Below are positions 1-8,399 of a stretch of 64,000 bases of DNA, one piece after another. The notes beneath the pieces were generated by a model. That model saw nothing but the letters and a program-made list of their open reading frames with translations. It searched no databases and had not been told where the DNA came from. How positions within the stretch are numbered: the stretch's first letter is position 1; each line of letters starts with the position of its first letter. Source of the DNA: Bacteroidota bacterium (GTDB taxonomy: Bacteria; Bacteroidota; Bacteroidia; Chitinophagales; Saprospiraceae); contig WGNL01000001.1 in assembly GCA_016124585.1 (NCBI GenBank), positions 266,807-330,806 of the forward strand, given 5' to 3'. Both the position numbers and the translations under genes were made by a program.

Positions 1-52
1 CCATTTTTCCTTTTTTGGTTTGTTTTTTTTTGATTGGCACGAACACCAGATT

Positions 53-102
53 GACACATTGCATGTTTTATATAGTTGGCTACATAAAACATGCAATGCG
101 TC
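53..102. repeat. Inverted repeat / hairpin: 15-bp perfect arms (cattgcatgttttat ... ataaaacatgcaatg) with a 12-nt spacer
   Basis: Read directly. The arms at about 57-71 and 84-98 are exact reverse complements. The flanking gac/gtc extends the stem after one mismatch. Confidence 0.7.
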
Positions 103-390
103 AATCCGCATCCAGTTTGCATAAAATCCAAACAAGAAGTTTGATAAACGCACATTTTACAGCCTCCAGATTTTCTCAAACAAGCAAAACAGCCGCTTTC
201 AGCCATTCATTTGTTTATTAGTTTTCCCATGTATATTTTTATAATTCCCAGCTTTCAAGGTTGCTAGGCTAAGTGTACAAACATCGTCACAAGGTAAAAA
301 TCCTTTTAAAAAAAACTGGAAAATAATTCAAAGCATGGGTGGCTTAAAGGTGGGCCTTCACTGCGTTCCTTTGCAGGAAAAGGTAAGAAA

Positions 391-429
391 ACAAAAAACT
401 GGGCGACAAACACCATTGCCGCCCAGTTT
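391..429 (-). terminator. Rho-independent terminator after the CHRD gene
   Basis: 9-bp stem aactgggcg / cgcccagtt. An A-run on the + strand gives a U-run after the stem on the - strand. It lies about 20 nt past the stop at 447. Confidence 0.7.
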
Positions 430-446
430 AAAGGAAGTGAAGTGGC

Positions 447-2240
447 TTATTCCTTCACCAATTTGAAAGCAAGCGTACTGCCATCAGTGGATTTAATTTG
501 ACCAAAATACAGACCCGTTGGCCAGTTTTTCAAGGAGATATTCACGGAGGTTTCACCCACCGCCACGTTGATATTTTGACTGGAAACCTGTTGTCCAGTA
601 ATATTGGTCAGCACCATCTGCCCATCAAATGCTTGCGCTGATTCAAAGCGTACAGTGGCTTCGTCACCCGCCGGGTTGGGGAATACGGTCATATCAGAAA
701 CATAGGAGACAAAATCAGTGGCATTTACAAGACAAAGCAAACCTAAGTGTACCTGCCCACGGATTTCACCGCCAGGATTGGCTGCCGTGTGTACGTTGAG
801 ATAAGTGTCTCCGCCGAGCAGGGTGGATGCGAAGGTGCCATTAATGGCCATTTGGCCACTACCCACTGGCATTGGAACATTCAGCGGCTTCAGCACCCCA
901 CCCGAAACACCAATAGCACCCATGTGGATGTGAGCTGCAGTAGGTGGGCCGGTCAATCCATCAACGATGTAGAGATAATCCAAATTGGTATTGAGCCAAT
1001 CGTGGGTAATCACGGCTGCTCCAGCACCTAGGGAATTATTCGAAGGCACTTCTTGCGTACTACAAACATCAAAAGCATAGACTTGGCGCAGCGCTGGAAT
1101 CATTTGCCCACGGATTTCGCCGCCGGGGTTGGCGGCGGTGTGGATATTGGCATATACGCCGCTGTTAATCAATTTGATGGCCATACCATCGGGAATGGTG
1201 GCCGAGCCCATGTAAAAATTGGGTTGCGCAGCTGCTACAAATGGAACAAGCACACCACCCGAAGTACCAGCGGCACCATCGTGGAAATGTCCAGCCGTGG
1301 AAACTAGCCCGTAAGCTCCGACGAGGTAGTTGACAGTTGTCAAATCGGCAGAAAGCCCCGCAACAGCAACACCTTGCGCTCCACTGGTCACGGGTGGCGT
1401 TTCTTGGTCGCCATTCATCAGCGTTTCAAAATGAATAGCGCCGAGCGATTTGAGTTGTCCCCGTATTTCCCCACCGGGATTTGCGGCGGTATGCACGTTT
1501 ACATATAGCCCTTCTGTTTCCAGTTTTTCAATAAAATCTGCTGGAACATTGTTTAGGTTGATTTCTCCCTGGATTAAATTATTGGAAACGACAGTCAAGG
1601 GCACAACGACACCACCAGCCGAACCTGCTACACCTGCATGTATATGGGAGGCAGTGATAGGGCCGCTAAGTCCATTGATGGCAAATCGGTACCTTGCAAG
1701 GGTGTCTCTTGCAGCATATGTCACATAACCAACACCACTGCCATCAGTGATGACGGCGGGCGTTTCTTGGTCGCCTGTCAGACCCGTAGCGAAAAGCACA
1801 TCCGATTGCAATTCAAGCTGTCCCCGTATTTCCCCGCCGGGGTTATTGGCAGTGTGTACATTCAGGTAAAGCTCTTTTCCCAATGCTTTTGCCATAAAAT
1901 CAGCAGGTAAAGCAACGGTTGCCCGAAGTTCGTTTCCAATCACATCATTAGAGAAATTGACATAGACACCTCCATTTGTTCCCACCACGCCTGTGTGGAT
2001 ATGGCAACCTGTGATAGGCCCAGTCACCAAGCTAAAAACCCCGTGGACGGTCATGCTGGTCATGTCCTCGGAGATTACGAAACTTGCCACGCCACGACCA
2101 TCGGAGGTAGTGGCGGGATTTTCTTGCGCACCGTCCATGTTTGCGACGAAAACCAAACGGTTGTTGCCACCTATCTGAGCAGATAATGGTAGAATTCCTA
2201 ACAGAACTAGGTAAAATAAAGTGGTAAATTGTTTTTTCAT
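447..2240 (-). CDS. Secreted protein with four CHRD domains and a T9SS type-A C-terminal sorting domain
   Basis: N-terminal signal peptide (MKKQFTTLFYLVLLGILPLSAQ). Four copies of the CHRD signature ...H.H.G..G..G.V...(Y)(L/V)N(V/I)HTAANPGGEIRGQ spaced about 115-120 aa apart. C-terminus FPNPAGDEATVRF...LYFGQIKSTDG...KLVKE is typical of Por secretion tails. Confidence 0.85.
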   Translation of the reverse strand: MKKQFTTLFYLVLLGILPLSAQIGGNNRLVFVANMDGAQENPATTSDGRGVASFVISEDMTSMTVHGVFSLVTGPITGCHIHTGVVGTNGGVYVNFSNDVIGNELRATVALPADFMAKALGKELYLNVHTANNPGGEIRGQLELQSDVLFATGLTGDQETPAVITDGSGVGYVTYAARDTLARYRFAINGLSGPITASHIHAGVAGSAGGVVVPLTVVSNNLIQGEINLNNVPADFIEKLETEGLYVNVHTAANPGGEIRGQLKSLGAIHFETLMNGDQETPPVTSGAQGVAVAGLSADLTTVNYLVGAYGLVSTAGHFHDGAAGTSGGVLVPFVAAAQPNFYMGSATIPDGMAIKLINSGVYANIHTAANPGGEIRGQMIPALRQVYAFDVCSTQEVPSNNSLGAGAAVITHDWLNTNLDYLYIVDGLTGPPTAAHIHMGAIGVSGGVLKPLNVPMPVGSGQMAINGTFASTLLGGDTYLNVHTAANPGGEIRGQVHLGLLCLVNATDFVSYVSDMTVFPNPAGDEATVRFESAQAFDGQMVLTNITGQQVSSQNINVAVGETSVNISLKNWPTGLYFGQIKSTDGSTLAFKLVKE

Positions 2241-2448
2241 ACAGTAAAATATTTAAGGTGATAAAATGATGACATTTTATGAAGTTGTTGAAAAGAAACG
2301 GGTGGGCTTAAGGTAAGAAGTCGAAATCCGAGTTATAAACTGGCCGAACGGGCGTTCAATGATTCATGGGAAATGTGACAACGGAAGCACAAATAGATAA
2401 GCCAAAGATAGAAGTTGAATTCTGACTATTAGTTCAATGTACTTACAT

Positions 2449-2898
2449 CTATTTCCTTGAAACGTCGGCTGTTGGCAAAAAAAAGTCCCTTTCCGTGTGA
2501 AAAGAGACTTTTTTGCGAAGCGATTTTTTCTCGCTGTCCTGTTTTTTGGCGGCCAACCGTTTTTCCCGGTCTGCGGTGAGGGGCTTTACTTTCTTTCGTT
2601 TTTTGGGCGGTGTGGTGGCTTGCACCATCAGTTTCTCAAACTCTGCGATGGCTGCCTCCTTGTTGTCCAACTGGGAGCGGGTGGTTTGATTGGTAATCAG
2701 TAAAATTCCTTCGGCATTGATGCGGTTGGCGAGGTTGGTGAGTACCATCTGTTTTTCCGCTTCCTCCAAAAAGCGGGAGTTGGGCACATCAAAACGAAGC
2801 TCCACTTTCGTTTCTACTTTGTTCACATTCTGACCGCCGGGGCCAGAGCTGCGGGCGGTCTTGAAAGTGAGTTCCTGTTTTAATTGTTCGAGATACAT
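2449..2898 (-). CDS. arfB: Alternative ribosome-rescue factor ArfB (class I peptidyl-tRNA hydrolase domain, GGQ motif)
   Basis: RSSGPGGQNVNKVETKVELRF motif near the N-terminus, a basic Lys/Arg-rich C-terminal tail, and a length of about 140-150 aa. Confidence 0.85.
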   Translation of the reverse strand: MYLEQLKQELTFKTARSSGPGGQNVNKVETKVELRFDVPNSRFLEEAEKQMVLTNLANRINAEGILLITNQTTRSQLDNKEAAIAEFEKLMVQATTPPKKRKKVKPLTADREKRLAAKKQDSEKKSLRKKVSFHTERDFFLPTADVSRK

Positions 2899-2907
2899 TT
2901 TTTTTAA

Positions 2908-2937
2908 TGATGAATGGTAAATGGTGAATGGTGAATT
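2908..2937. repeat. Tandem heptamer tract (GATGAAT GGTAAAT GGTGAAT GGTGAAT)
   Basis: Read directly, 10-40 nt upstream of the arfB start codon. On the coding strand it reads ATTCACC ATTCACC ATTTACC ATTCATC. Confidence 0.7.
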
Positions 2938-3024
2938 CGGGGCTAATAGATTGTCGCATAAAGATTGATTTTTTAAATAATGCTTGTCCCTTTCCGGCCT
3001 TATTTCTTTTAGCTGTTGAGCCGT

Positions 3025-3089
3025 CCAAAACCCGTTAAAAACTAAACCATGTTTGAGCGTAGCGAGTTTGGTTTAGTTTAGGGTTTTGG
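3025..3089. repeat. Imperfect long hairpin (ccaaaacccgttaaaaactaaacca ... tggtttagtttagggttttgg)
   Basis: The aaactaaacca / tggtttagttt pair (11 bp) and the ccaaaaccc / gggttttgg pair (9 bp) are exact reverse complements. It lies in the 406-bp divergent spacer between arfB and the membrane-protein gene. Confidence 0.65.
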
Positions 3090-3304
3090 AGGGTTCAACA
3101 GCGTTAAAAAAGAAATACAGCCTTGATTTTTGGTTCTTTTCATCAAAGAAAAGAAAAAGAGAAATCAATACTTTATTTGCCAATTTTTTAAGCGAATATC
3201 TATAAATCAACTTCAGGTAAATTTCGTTCAATAAATTGAAACTACTTTTGCAAAACAGCATAAAACTAAATCGGTTCAAAGATAATTAACTGATAACCAA
3301 GGTC

Positions 3305-4165
3305 TTGAAAATTCAAAGTTCACCATTCATCGTTCAAAATTTACTAAAACTCGCCGCTGCCAGTGTCTTCCTTGGCCGTGCTTACCAGCATATTTTCTGG
3401 GATGCGCCCTACACCGAATTTCTTTGGGATGGGAAACTGATGGCCCCCGTCATCGAAACTATCACGCCTTGGACTTGGCACGAATACGTGACCAATTTGG
3501 CAGTAGATGCTACCATTCAAAAATGGATGGTCGCTATTGGCCTATTCTATTTGGTGTGTGCTTTTGCCTGCCTTTTTTATGAAAAAATGCCGAGGTGGAT
3601 GCGCTGGCCAATATGGTTGGGCGTGGCAGGACAAGTTGTGCTGGCACTGTTGTACATGAAGGAATTCTTCTTTCATGTCGGTCAGTTCTTTGAATACACG
3701 CTGCAATTTTGCACGCCAGCGTTCCTGATTATCTATTTCAAAAAAAGGGAATTCTCGCCCCGGTTGATTTTTGCCATGAAATTGGCGACGGCGCTGACAT
3801 TCACCTGCCACGGGCTTTATGCGATTGGTTATTACCCCCGCCCCGGTGTTTTTACCAGCATGACGATGCGGATTTTGGGATGTTCCGAATCTTTTGCCAT
3901 TAATTTCTTGACAGTGGCTGGCTGGTTGGACTTTGCTGTGGCACTGGGTATTTTTTTACCCAATAAATGGGCGAAATGGTTCCTGCTTTACGCTGCCATT
4001 TGGGGGCTACTCACTTCCTTGGCTAGAACGGTCGGCAATTTCTACTGGGAATTACCTCTTCAAAGCCTGCACGAATGGGCCTACCACACCATCTATCGTT
4101 TGCCCCACGGTCTCATACCTCTCATACTCTGGTACTTGATTACTACCAAACCCAAAGATCCTTGA
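3305..4165 (+). CDS. Multi-pass integral membrane protein, function unknown
   Basis: 286-aa ORF with a TTG start in the track. It has several long hydrophobic segments rich in aromatic residues. I recognise no catalytic motif. Confidence 0.55.
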   Translation: MKIQSSPFIVQNLLKLAAASVFLGRAYQHIFWDAPYTEFLWDGKLMAPVIETITPWTWHEYVTNLAVDATIQKWMVAIGLFYLVCAFACLFYEKMPRWMRWPIWLGVAGQVVLALLYMKEFFFHVGQFFEYTLQFCTPAFLIIYFKKREFSPRLIFAMKLATALTFTCHGLYAIGYYPRPGVFTSMTMRILGCSESFAINFLTVAGWLDFAVALGIFLPNKWAKWFLLYAAIWGLLTSLARTVGNFYWELPLQSLHEWAYHTIYRLPHGLIPLILWYLITTKPKDP

Positions 4166-4185
4166 ACCATACTGCCGCTCATCCG

Positions 4186-5169
4186 CTAAAGCGCCAGTAT
4201 CTCTGCCAACCGCATTTCATCCAAGCTGATTTCCTTCTGATTTCTGACTGCAATCCCGAGTGGGGTGTATTTGATGAGGTTATTGTCAATTCCTACCATG
4301 GCGTTCTTGTGGCCATCCAGCAAGGCAGTAACGGCATTGGAGCCTAGGCGACTAGCCAACAAACGGTCGGCACCGCTTGGGGAACCGCCCCGCTGCAAGT
4401 GACCAATCACGGCCACCCTAGTATCATAAGCACCAACACGGGTCTTCAGTTCCAAGGCGATTTCTTCCGTTTTGCCCAGTGTATTTCCTTCGGCAACGAT
4501 GATGAGGCTAAACAGTTTTTTGCGTTTAGCGGATGCAGTAAGGACTTTGGCGACTTCGTCATAAGTCGTTTCTTTTTCTGGTAAAAGCACCAGTGTCGCA
4601 CCCGATGCAATGGCGGTGTGCAGCGCCAAATACCCAGAATTCCGGCCCATCACTTCGATGAAAAACAAGCGGTCGTGAGATTCAGCGGTATCCCTGATTC
4701 TGTCCACCGCCTCCACCGCCGTGTTCAGCGCCGTGTCAAAGCCGATGGTGTAATCGGTTCCGTAGAGGTCGTTGTCGATGGTACAGGGCACACCAATGAC
4801 GGGAATGCCATGCTCTTTGTGCAGGATATCCGCCCCGGTGAAGGTGCCATTGCCGCCGAGTGCGACAAGCCCTTCGATTTTGTGCTTTTTCAAAATGGCG
4901 GCTGCCTGCTTGCGTCCATCCTCCGTGGTGAATCGCTCACTACGGGCTGTTTTTAGGAAAGTGCCGCCCCGTTGGATGATATTCCCAACATCACGGGTTT
5001 CGAGCTTGGTCACGTGGCCATCCATCATGCCTTCGTATCCGCCTGTAATTCCGAAAACTTCGATTTCGTGATAAGCTGCTGTGCGCACCACTGCCCTCAG
5101 CGCAGCATTCATGCCCGGTGCATCACCTCCAGAGGTGTAAACTGCTATTCTTTTGATATTTCTGCTCAT
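4186..5169 (-). CDS. pfkA: ATP-dependent 6-phosphofructokinase
   Basis: N-terminus IAVYTSGGDAPGMNAALRAVVR, then GGNGT, PCTIDNDL and MGR motifs. The 327-aa length fits. Confidence 0.95.
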   Translation of the reverse strand: MSRNIKRIAVYTSGGDAPGMNAALRAVVRTAAYHEIEVFGITGGYEGMMDGHVTKLETRDVGNIIQRGGTFLKTARSERFTTEDGRKQAAAILKKHKIEGLVALGGNGTFTGADILHKEHGIPVIGVPCTIDNDLYGTDYTIGFDTALNTAVEAVDRIRDTAESHDRLFFIEVMGRNSGYLALHTAIASGATLVLLPEKETTYDEVAKVLTASAKRKKLFSLIIVAEGNTLGKTEEIALELKTRVGAYDTRVAVIGHLQRGGSPSGADRLLASRLGSNAVTALLDGHKNAMVGIDNNLIKYTPLGIAVRNQKEISLDEMRLAEILAL

Positions 5170-5222
5170 TGTTGTTGAAGGTTTAGCTTGTTTAGCGGAA
5201 TTTAAATTTTATCCCACTGAAC

Positions 5223-6065
5223 TCATTTTGCTAAATGATATTTTACAAGATTTCCAATCGGTTTTTTGATGAAAACGCCTGCATGAAGCCCAAGGTCCTG
5301 CAATGCTTCCTTTAGTATTTCCTGAAAATGGTACCCGACTGACCCAACGAAACTGATGGGCAAAGATTCGTGATTTTTGTATTTACAGACATGTCGGGTC
5401 AAAAATTCAAGGAAACTTTTTTTCACCAAAGCCCATACGAAAGGATGCGTCTGATGTTCGGCAAAAAGCTGCGTGAAACTAGCCAAATACGCTGCTGGAA
5501 TTCCACCGCTGTACACTTTGTCGAGAATGTCTTTACGACCGTTAGGGCAAACTTGTTCGATGATGGGTTGGAGTTCCGTTGGCATTTCCCGGTAAAAAAA
5601 TGCTTGCAGAAACGACTTGCCGATGATGGCACCGCTGCCTTCGTCACCCATTAGAAAACCGAGATTGGTCACATTATCTATCTCGTTTTTCCCATCGTAA
5701 AGCACAGAATTGCTGCCTGTACCTAGTATGCAGGCAATGCCGGGTTCGTCGCCACAGGTGGCACGGGCTGCACCGAGCATGTCATGGAAAACGGAAACTT
5801 TTGCCTTTGGCAATTTCGAAGCAATCGCTTGCTGTACGATTGCATTGCGGCCTTTGTCCCAGCAGCCAGTGCCGTAGTAAAACACCTCACCTGTCACCTC
5901 AAAAGGCAGCTTTTCCACCAGTTCCTGCTGGATGATTTCAGCGATTTTTTCCCCAGAAACATAATTCGGGTTGAAACCAGTGGTGGAGATGGGCATCTGT
6001 TCGCCGTTGTCTTTCACAACGACCCAGTCTGCTTTAGTTGCCCCTCCGTCAGCGATGATAAGCAT
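5223..6065 (-). CDS. BadF/BadG/BcrA/BcrD-type ATPase (N-acetylglucosamine kinase-like)
   Basis: MLIIADGGATKADW N-terminal phosphate-1 motif and GTGSNS later. 280 aa, which is typical of the family. Confidence 0.75.
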   Translation of the reverse strand: MLIIADGGATKADWVVVKDNGEQMPISTTGFNPNYVSGEKIAEIIQQELVEKLPFEVTGEVFYYGTGCWDKGRNAIVQQAIASKLPKAKVSVFHDMLGAARATCGDEPGIACILGTGSNSVLYDGKNEIDNVTNLGFLMGDEGSGAIIGKSFLQAFFYREMPTELQPIIEQVCPNGRKDILDKVYSGGIPAAYLASFTQLFAEHQTHPFVWALVKKSFLEFLTRHVCKYKNHESLPISFVGSVGYHFQEILKEALQDLGLHAGVFIKKPIGNLVKYHLAK

Positions 6066-6163
6066 GGCGATTTTATTATGAGCGGCAAATGTAGTGTAGA
6101 AATAACACCAAGTATCTTGAGTGGAAATATTTTTAAGTGAAAATGCTTAGAAAATGGCGGGTT

Positions 6164-6949
6164 TTAGCCAAGTACAAGGCTTTCAGCATCGAAAACGGGC
6201 ATCTGTCCATTGGGCAATTGACGGAGGAAAAGCTCCAAGGCTTTTCTTTTGGGGGCATCCAGTTGGTAGCTGATGTTTTCGGTGAAATATTTTTCGAGGT
6301 CAAAACCGGGGTGCTGCTGTGGTAGTATCAGCATCAACTGAGGAATGGATTCGATGCCCAATTGCATTGCAGCATTGAATTTTTCGATAAAATCCAATGG
6401 CAATGGCCGATTGCTCACCCAGGCTGCAAATACGAACGGCAAACCTGTATGCGCCAGCCACGCCTCCCCAAGGTCATAAGTGAAGGCATGTTTCCCCAAG
6501 TGCTCCATTGCCCGGTCGCCGATGATGAGTGCGGCGGTCGTCCCAGCAATTTTGGATTCAAAACCCGGTGTGGCTGGCAGTAGAGTTGGGGAGCAGTGCC
6601 AGTGTTTTTCCAAAAGAATTTTCGCCAATTCTACCGAGGTGCGGGAGTGAAAATCAAGGTAGAGTTCTGTCACCTGTTCCATTGGCACTTCGCTGAAAAT
6701 GCAGACCGTTTTCACCTCACCCACCGTGCCAATGCAGTAGTCGGAAATAATGTGCGGTGTTGCAATTTCAGGAATGGCTGCCACTGGTATCAGCCCGAAA
6801 TCTGCCTCACCACTGGCCAATTTGCTGGCGCAAATGCTGGGGATATCCAAGCTAAGGTTGAGTTCTTCACTCAGGCCGCTTTTTACCAGGCCATACAATA
6901 AAGGCTTGGTGTTTAGGTAGCTGACGGCGGTGACTTTTAGTTTTTTCAA
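6164..6949 (-). CDS. mqnA: Chorismate dehydratase MqnA (futalosine pathway). The start is shortened to a TTG at about 6949.
   Basis: (M)KKLKVTAVSYLNTKPLLYGL matches the usual MqnA N-terminus. The periplasmic-binding-protein-like fold length fits. The 26-codon extension in the track (to 7027) is encoded by the palindrome itself and is probably not translated. Confidence 0.8.
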   Translation of the reverse strand: MKKLKVTAVSYLNTKPLLYGLVKSGLSEELNLSLDIPSICASKLASGEADFGLIPVAAIPEIATPHIISDYCIGTVGEVKTVCIFSEVPMEQVTELYLDFHSRTSVELAKILLEKHWHCSPTLLPATPGFESKIAGTTAALIIGDRAMEHLGKHAFTYDLGEAWLAHTGLPFVFAAWVSNRPLPLDFIEKFNAAMQLGIESIPQLMLILPQQHPGFDLEKYFTENISYQLDAPKRKALELFLRQLPNGQMPVFDAESLVLG

Positions 6950-6968
6950 AATTAAAATATGCCGTAAG

Positions 6969-7042
6969 CCCAGTTTTTCTGGATTGGGAACCCTGTTAGG
7001 GTTTCGAAACCCTAACAGGGTTCCCAATCCAGAAAAACTGGG
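6969..7042. repeat. 74-bp perfect palindrome between the mqnE stop and the mqnA start
   Basis: cccagtttttctggattgggaaccctgttagggttt|cg|aaaccctaacagggttcccaatccagaaaaactggg. I checked arm against arm by eye and found no mismatches. The centre is at about 7005/7006. Confidence 0.85.
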
Positions 7043-7056
7043 TGGTGTAAAGTATA

Positions 7057-8262
7057 TTAATTCAACACTGGCAACGCCACATATCCCTTGAACACCTCTT
7101 CCTCAAAAACCTCCTCTGTGTAATCCTTCATAACGTGGTACAGCGTGTCACGTTCAATCGGTTTGCGCCCAACAGCCTTGATGAGCTTCACCAAATCTTG
7201 GGTGCTCATCGCCGGGTTCTGTTCCTCCGAGCCGGCCATCGAGTAAATCTTCGTCGTATCGTCAATGGTTCCGTCAATATCATCCACGCCGTAGGACAGG
7301 GAAAGCTGAGCAATGTTACGGGAAATCATCGGCCAGTACGCCTTCACATGGTCAAAATTGTCGAGGTAGATGCGGGCGATGGCATAGTTGCGGAGGTCTT
7401 CCACAACGTTCACTTCAGGGATGTGCGACATCTGGTTGTCCTGGTTCCTGAATTTCAGTGGAATGAACGTCTGGAAGCCGCCTGTCTGGTCCTGCAATTT
7501 GCGAAGCTCTTCCATGTGGTGGATGCGGTGCTCGAAGCCTTCGATATGGCCGTAGAGCATCGTAGCATTCGAGCGCATACCGAGCTTGTGCCACTCCTCG
7601 TGGATGGCCAGCCACTGCTCGCCGGTGCATTTATCAGCCGCAATTTTTTCCCGGATTTCTGGGTGAAAAATCTCAGCACCACCACCGGGAATGCTATCCA
7701 GTCCAGCTTCCTTCATCAGTTTCATGCCTTCAGCATAGCCGATTTTTGCTTTTTTGAAAATATAGTGGTACTCCACGGGCGTCAGCGCCTTCACGTGTAG
7801 TTCTGGGCGGTGTTTTTTGATCGCAGTGAAAAAATCGGCGTAGAATTTCACATCGTATTGCGGCAGCACCCCGCCGACGATATGCACTTCGGTGACGGGC
7901 TGTCCGTCATATTTCCGCACGATGTCCATCATGTCTTCCATGGTGTATTCCCAGCCTTCTTCCCGCTTTTTTATCATGCGGGAATAGGAGCAGAACTTGC
8001 AGTCGTAAACACAGACATTGGTCGGCTCGATGTGGAAATTGCGGTTGAAATAGGTGTTGTCACCGTGCTTTTTCTCCCGAACGAAATTCGCCAGTGCACC
8101 CACAAACCCGAGGCTGCCTTCCTGGTAAAGCAGCAGTCCTTCGTCCGGTGAGATTCGTTCGCCGTTGAAGACTTTCTCCGCAATTTGGCGGTGTGGTTGG
8201 CTCAAATTGGGGTCGCTGAGCAGAAACTCAATTTTAGTTTGCATCGTTGTGGTTTTGTGCAT
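7057..8262 (-). CDS. mqnE: Radical SAM menaquinone-biosynthesis enzyme, MqnE-like (aminofutalosine synthase; MqnC not excluded)
   Basis: CxxxCxxC cluster in YFNRNFHIEPTNVCVYDCKFCSYSR. It has a CofH/ThiH-like layout and lies directly upstream of mqnA. The YFN.N.H..PTN context resembles MqnE more than MqnC, but that rests on memory of family signatures only. Confidence 0.75.
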   Translation of the reverse strand: MHKTTTMQTKIEFLLSDPNLSQPHRQIAEKVFNGERISPDEGLLLYQEGSLGFVGALANFVREKKHGDNTYFNRNFHIEPTNVCVYDCKFCSYSRMIKKREEGWEYTMEDMMDIVRKYDGQPVTEVHIVGGVLPQYDVKFYADFFTAIKKHRPELHVKALTPVEYHYIFKKAKIGYAEGMKLMKEAGLDSIPGGGAEIFHPEIREKIAADKCTGEQWLAIHEEWHKLGMRSNATMLYGHIEGFEHRIHHMEELRKLQDQTGGFQTFIPLKFRNQDNQMSHIPEVNVVEDLRNYAIARIYLDNFDHVKAYWPMISRNIAQLSLSYGVDDIDGTIDDTTKIYSMAGSEEQNPAMSTQDLVKLIKAVGRKPIERDTLYHVMKDYTEEVFEEEVFKGYVALPVLN

Positions 8263-8324
8263 TTTTGCGAGCGTAAAGGTAACGCTTTAGTTAACTTTCA
8301 GTTTTTATTGAAAGATGATTTTTT

Positions 8325-8395
8325 GGTTTCAGGTTTCAAGTTTCAGGTTCCATTGCGATGCCTGCTTTGAAACCTGAAACCCGAAACCTGAAACC
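8325..8395. repeat. Heptad-repeat hairpin: (GGTTTCA)x4-like arm pairing with a (TGAAACC)x4-like arm
   Basis: Left arm ggtttcaggtttcaagtttcaggtt, right arm aacctgaaacccgaaacctgaaacc. 23 of 25 positions are complementary, with one AA/CC internal mismatch and a 21-nt loop. The right arm ends about 4 nt before the ATG at 8400. Confidence 0.8.
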
Positions 8396-8399
8396 GTCG

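Noticed and set aside
336-2320. Short direct repeat gggtgg(g)cttaa(a)ggt on both sides of the CHRD gene, as possible insertion footprints
   Set aside because: The similarity is only about 14 nt and imperfect, with indels, and nothing else suggests mobility. It is compatible with chance.
3073-3279. 68-aa ORF in the arfB/membrane-protein spacer. A 70-aa ORF at 32893-33105 lies upstream of the giant adhesin gene.
   Set aside because: Both have AT-rich low-complexity translations (Lys/Phe/Leu/Asn) with no signal or motif. They sit in promoter-type spacers and are likely non-coding.
6950-7027. N-terminal extension of MqnA in the ORF track. Similar upstream extensions occur at 8358, 13196, 21434, 22673, 22593, 28190, 39369, 47258, 49327, 55158, 57753 and 59613.
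   Set aside because: Each extension precedes a clear signal peptide or a conserved family N-terminus. The MqnA extension is encoded by a palindrome. The shorter internal starts are therefore preferred.
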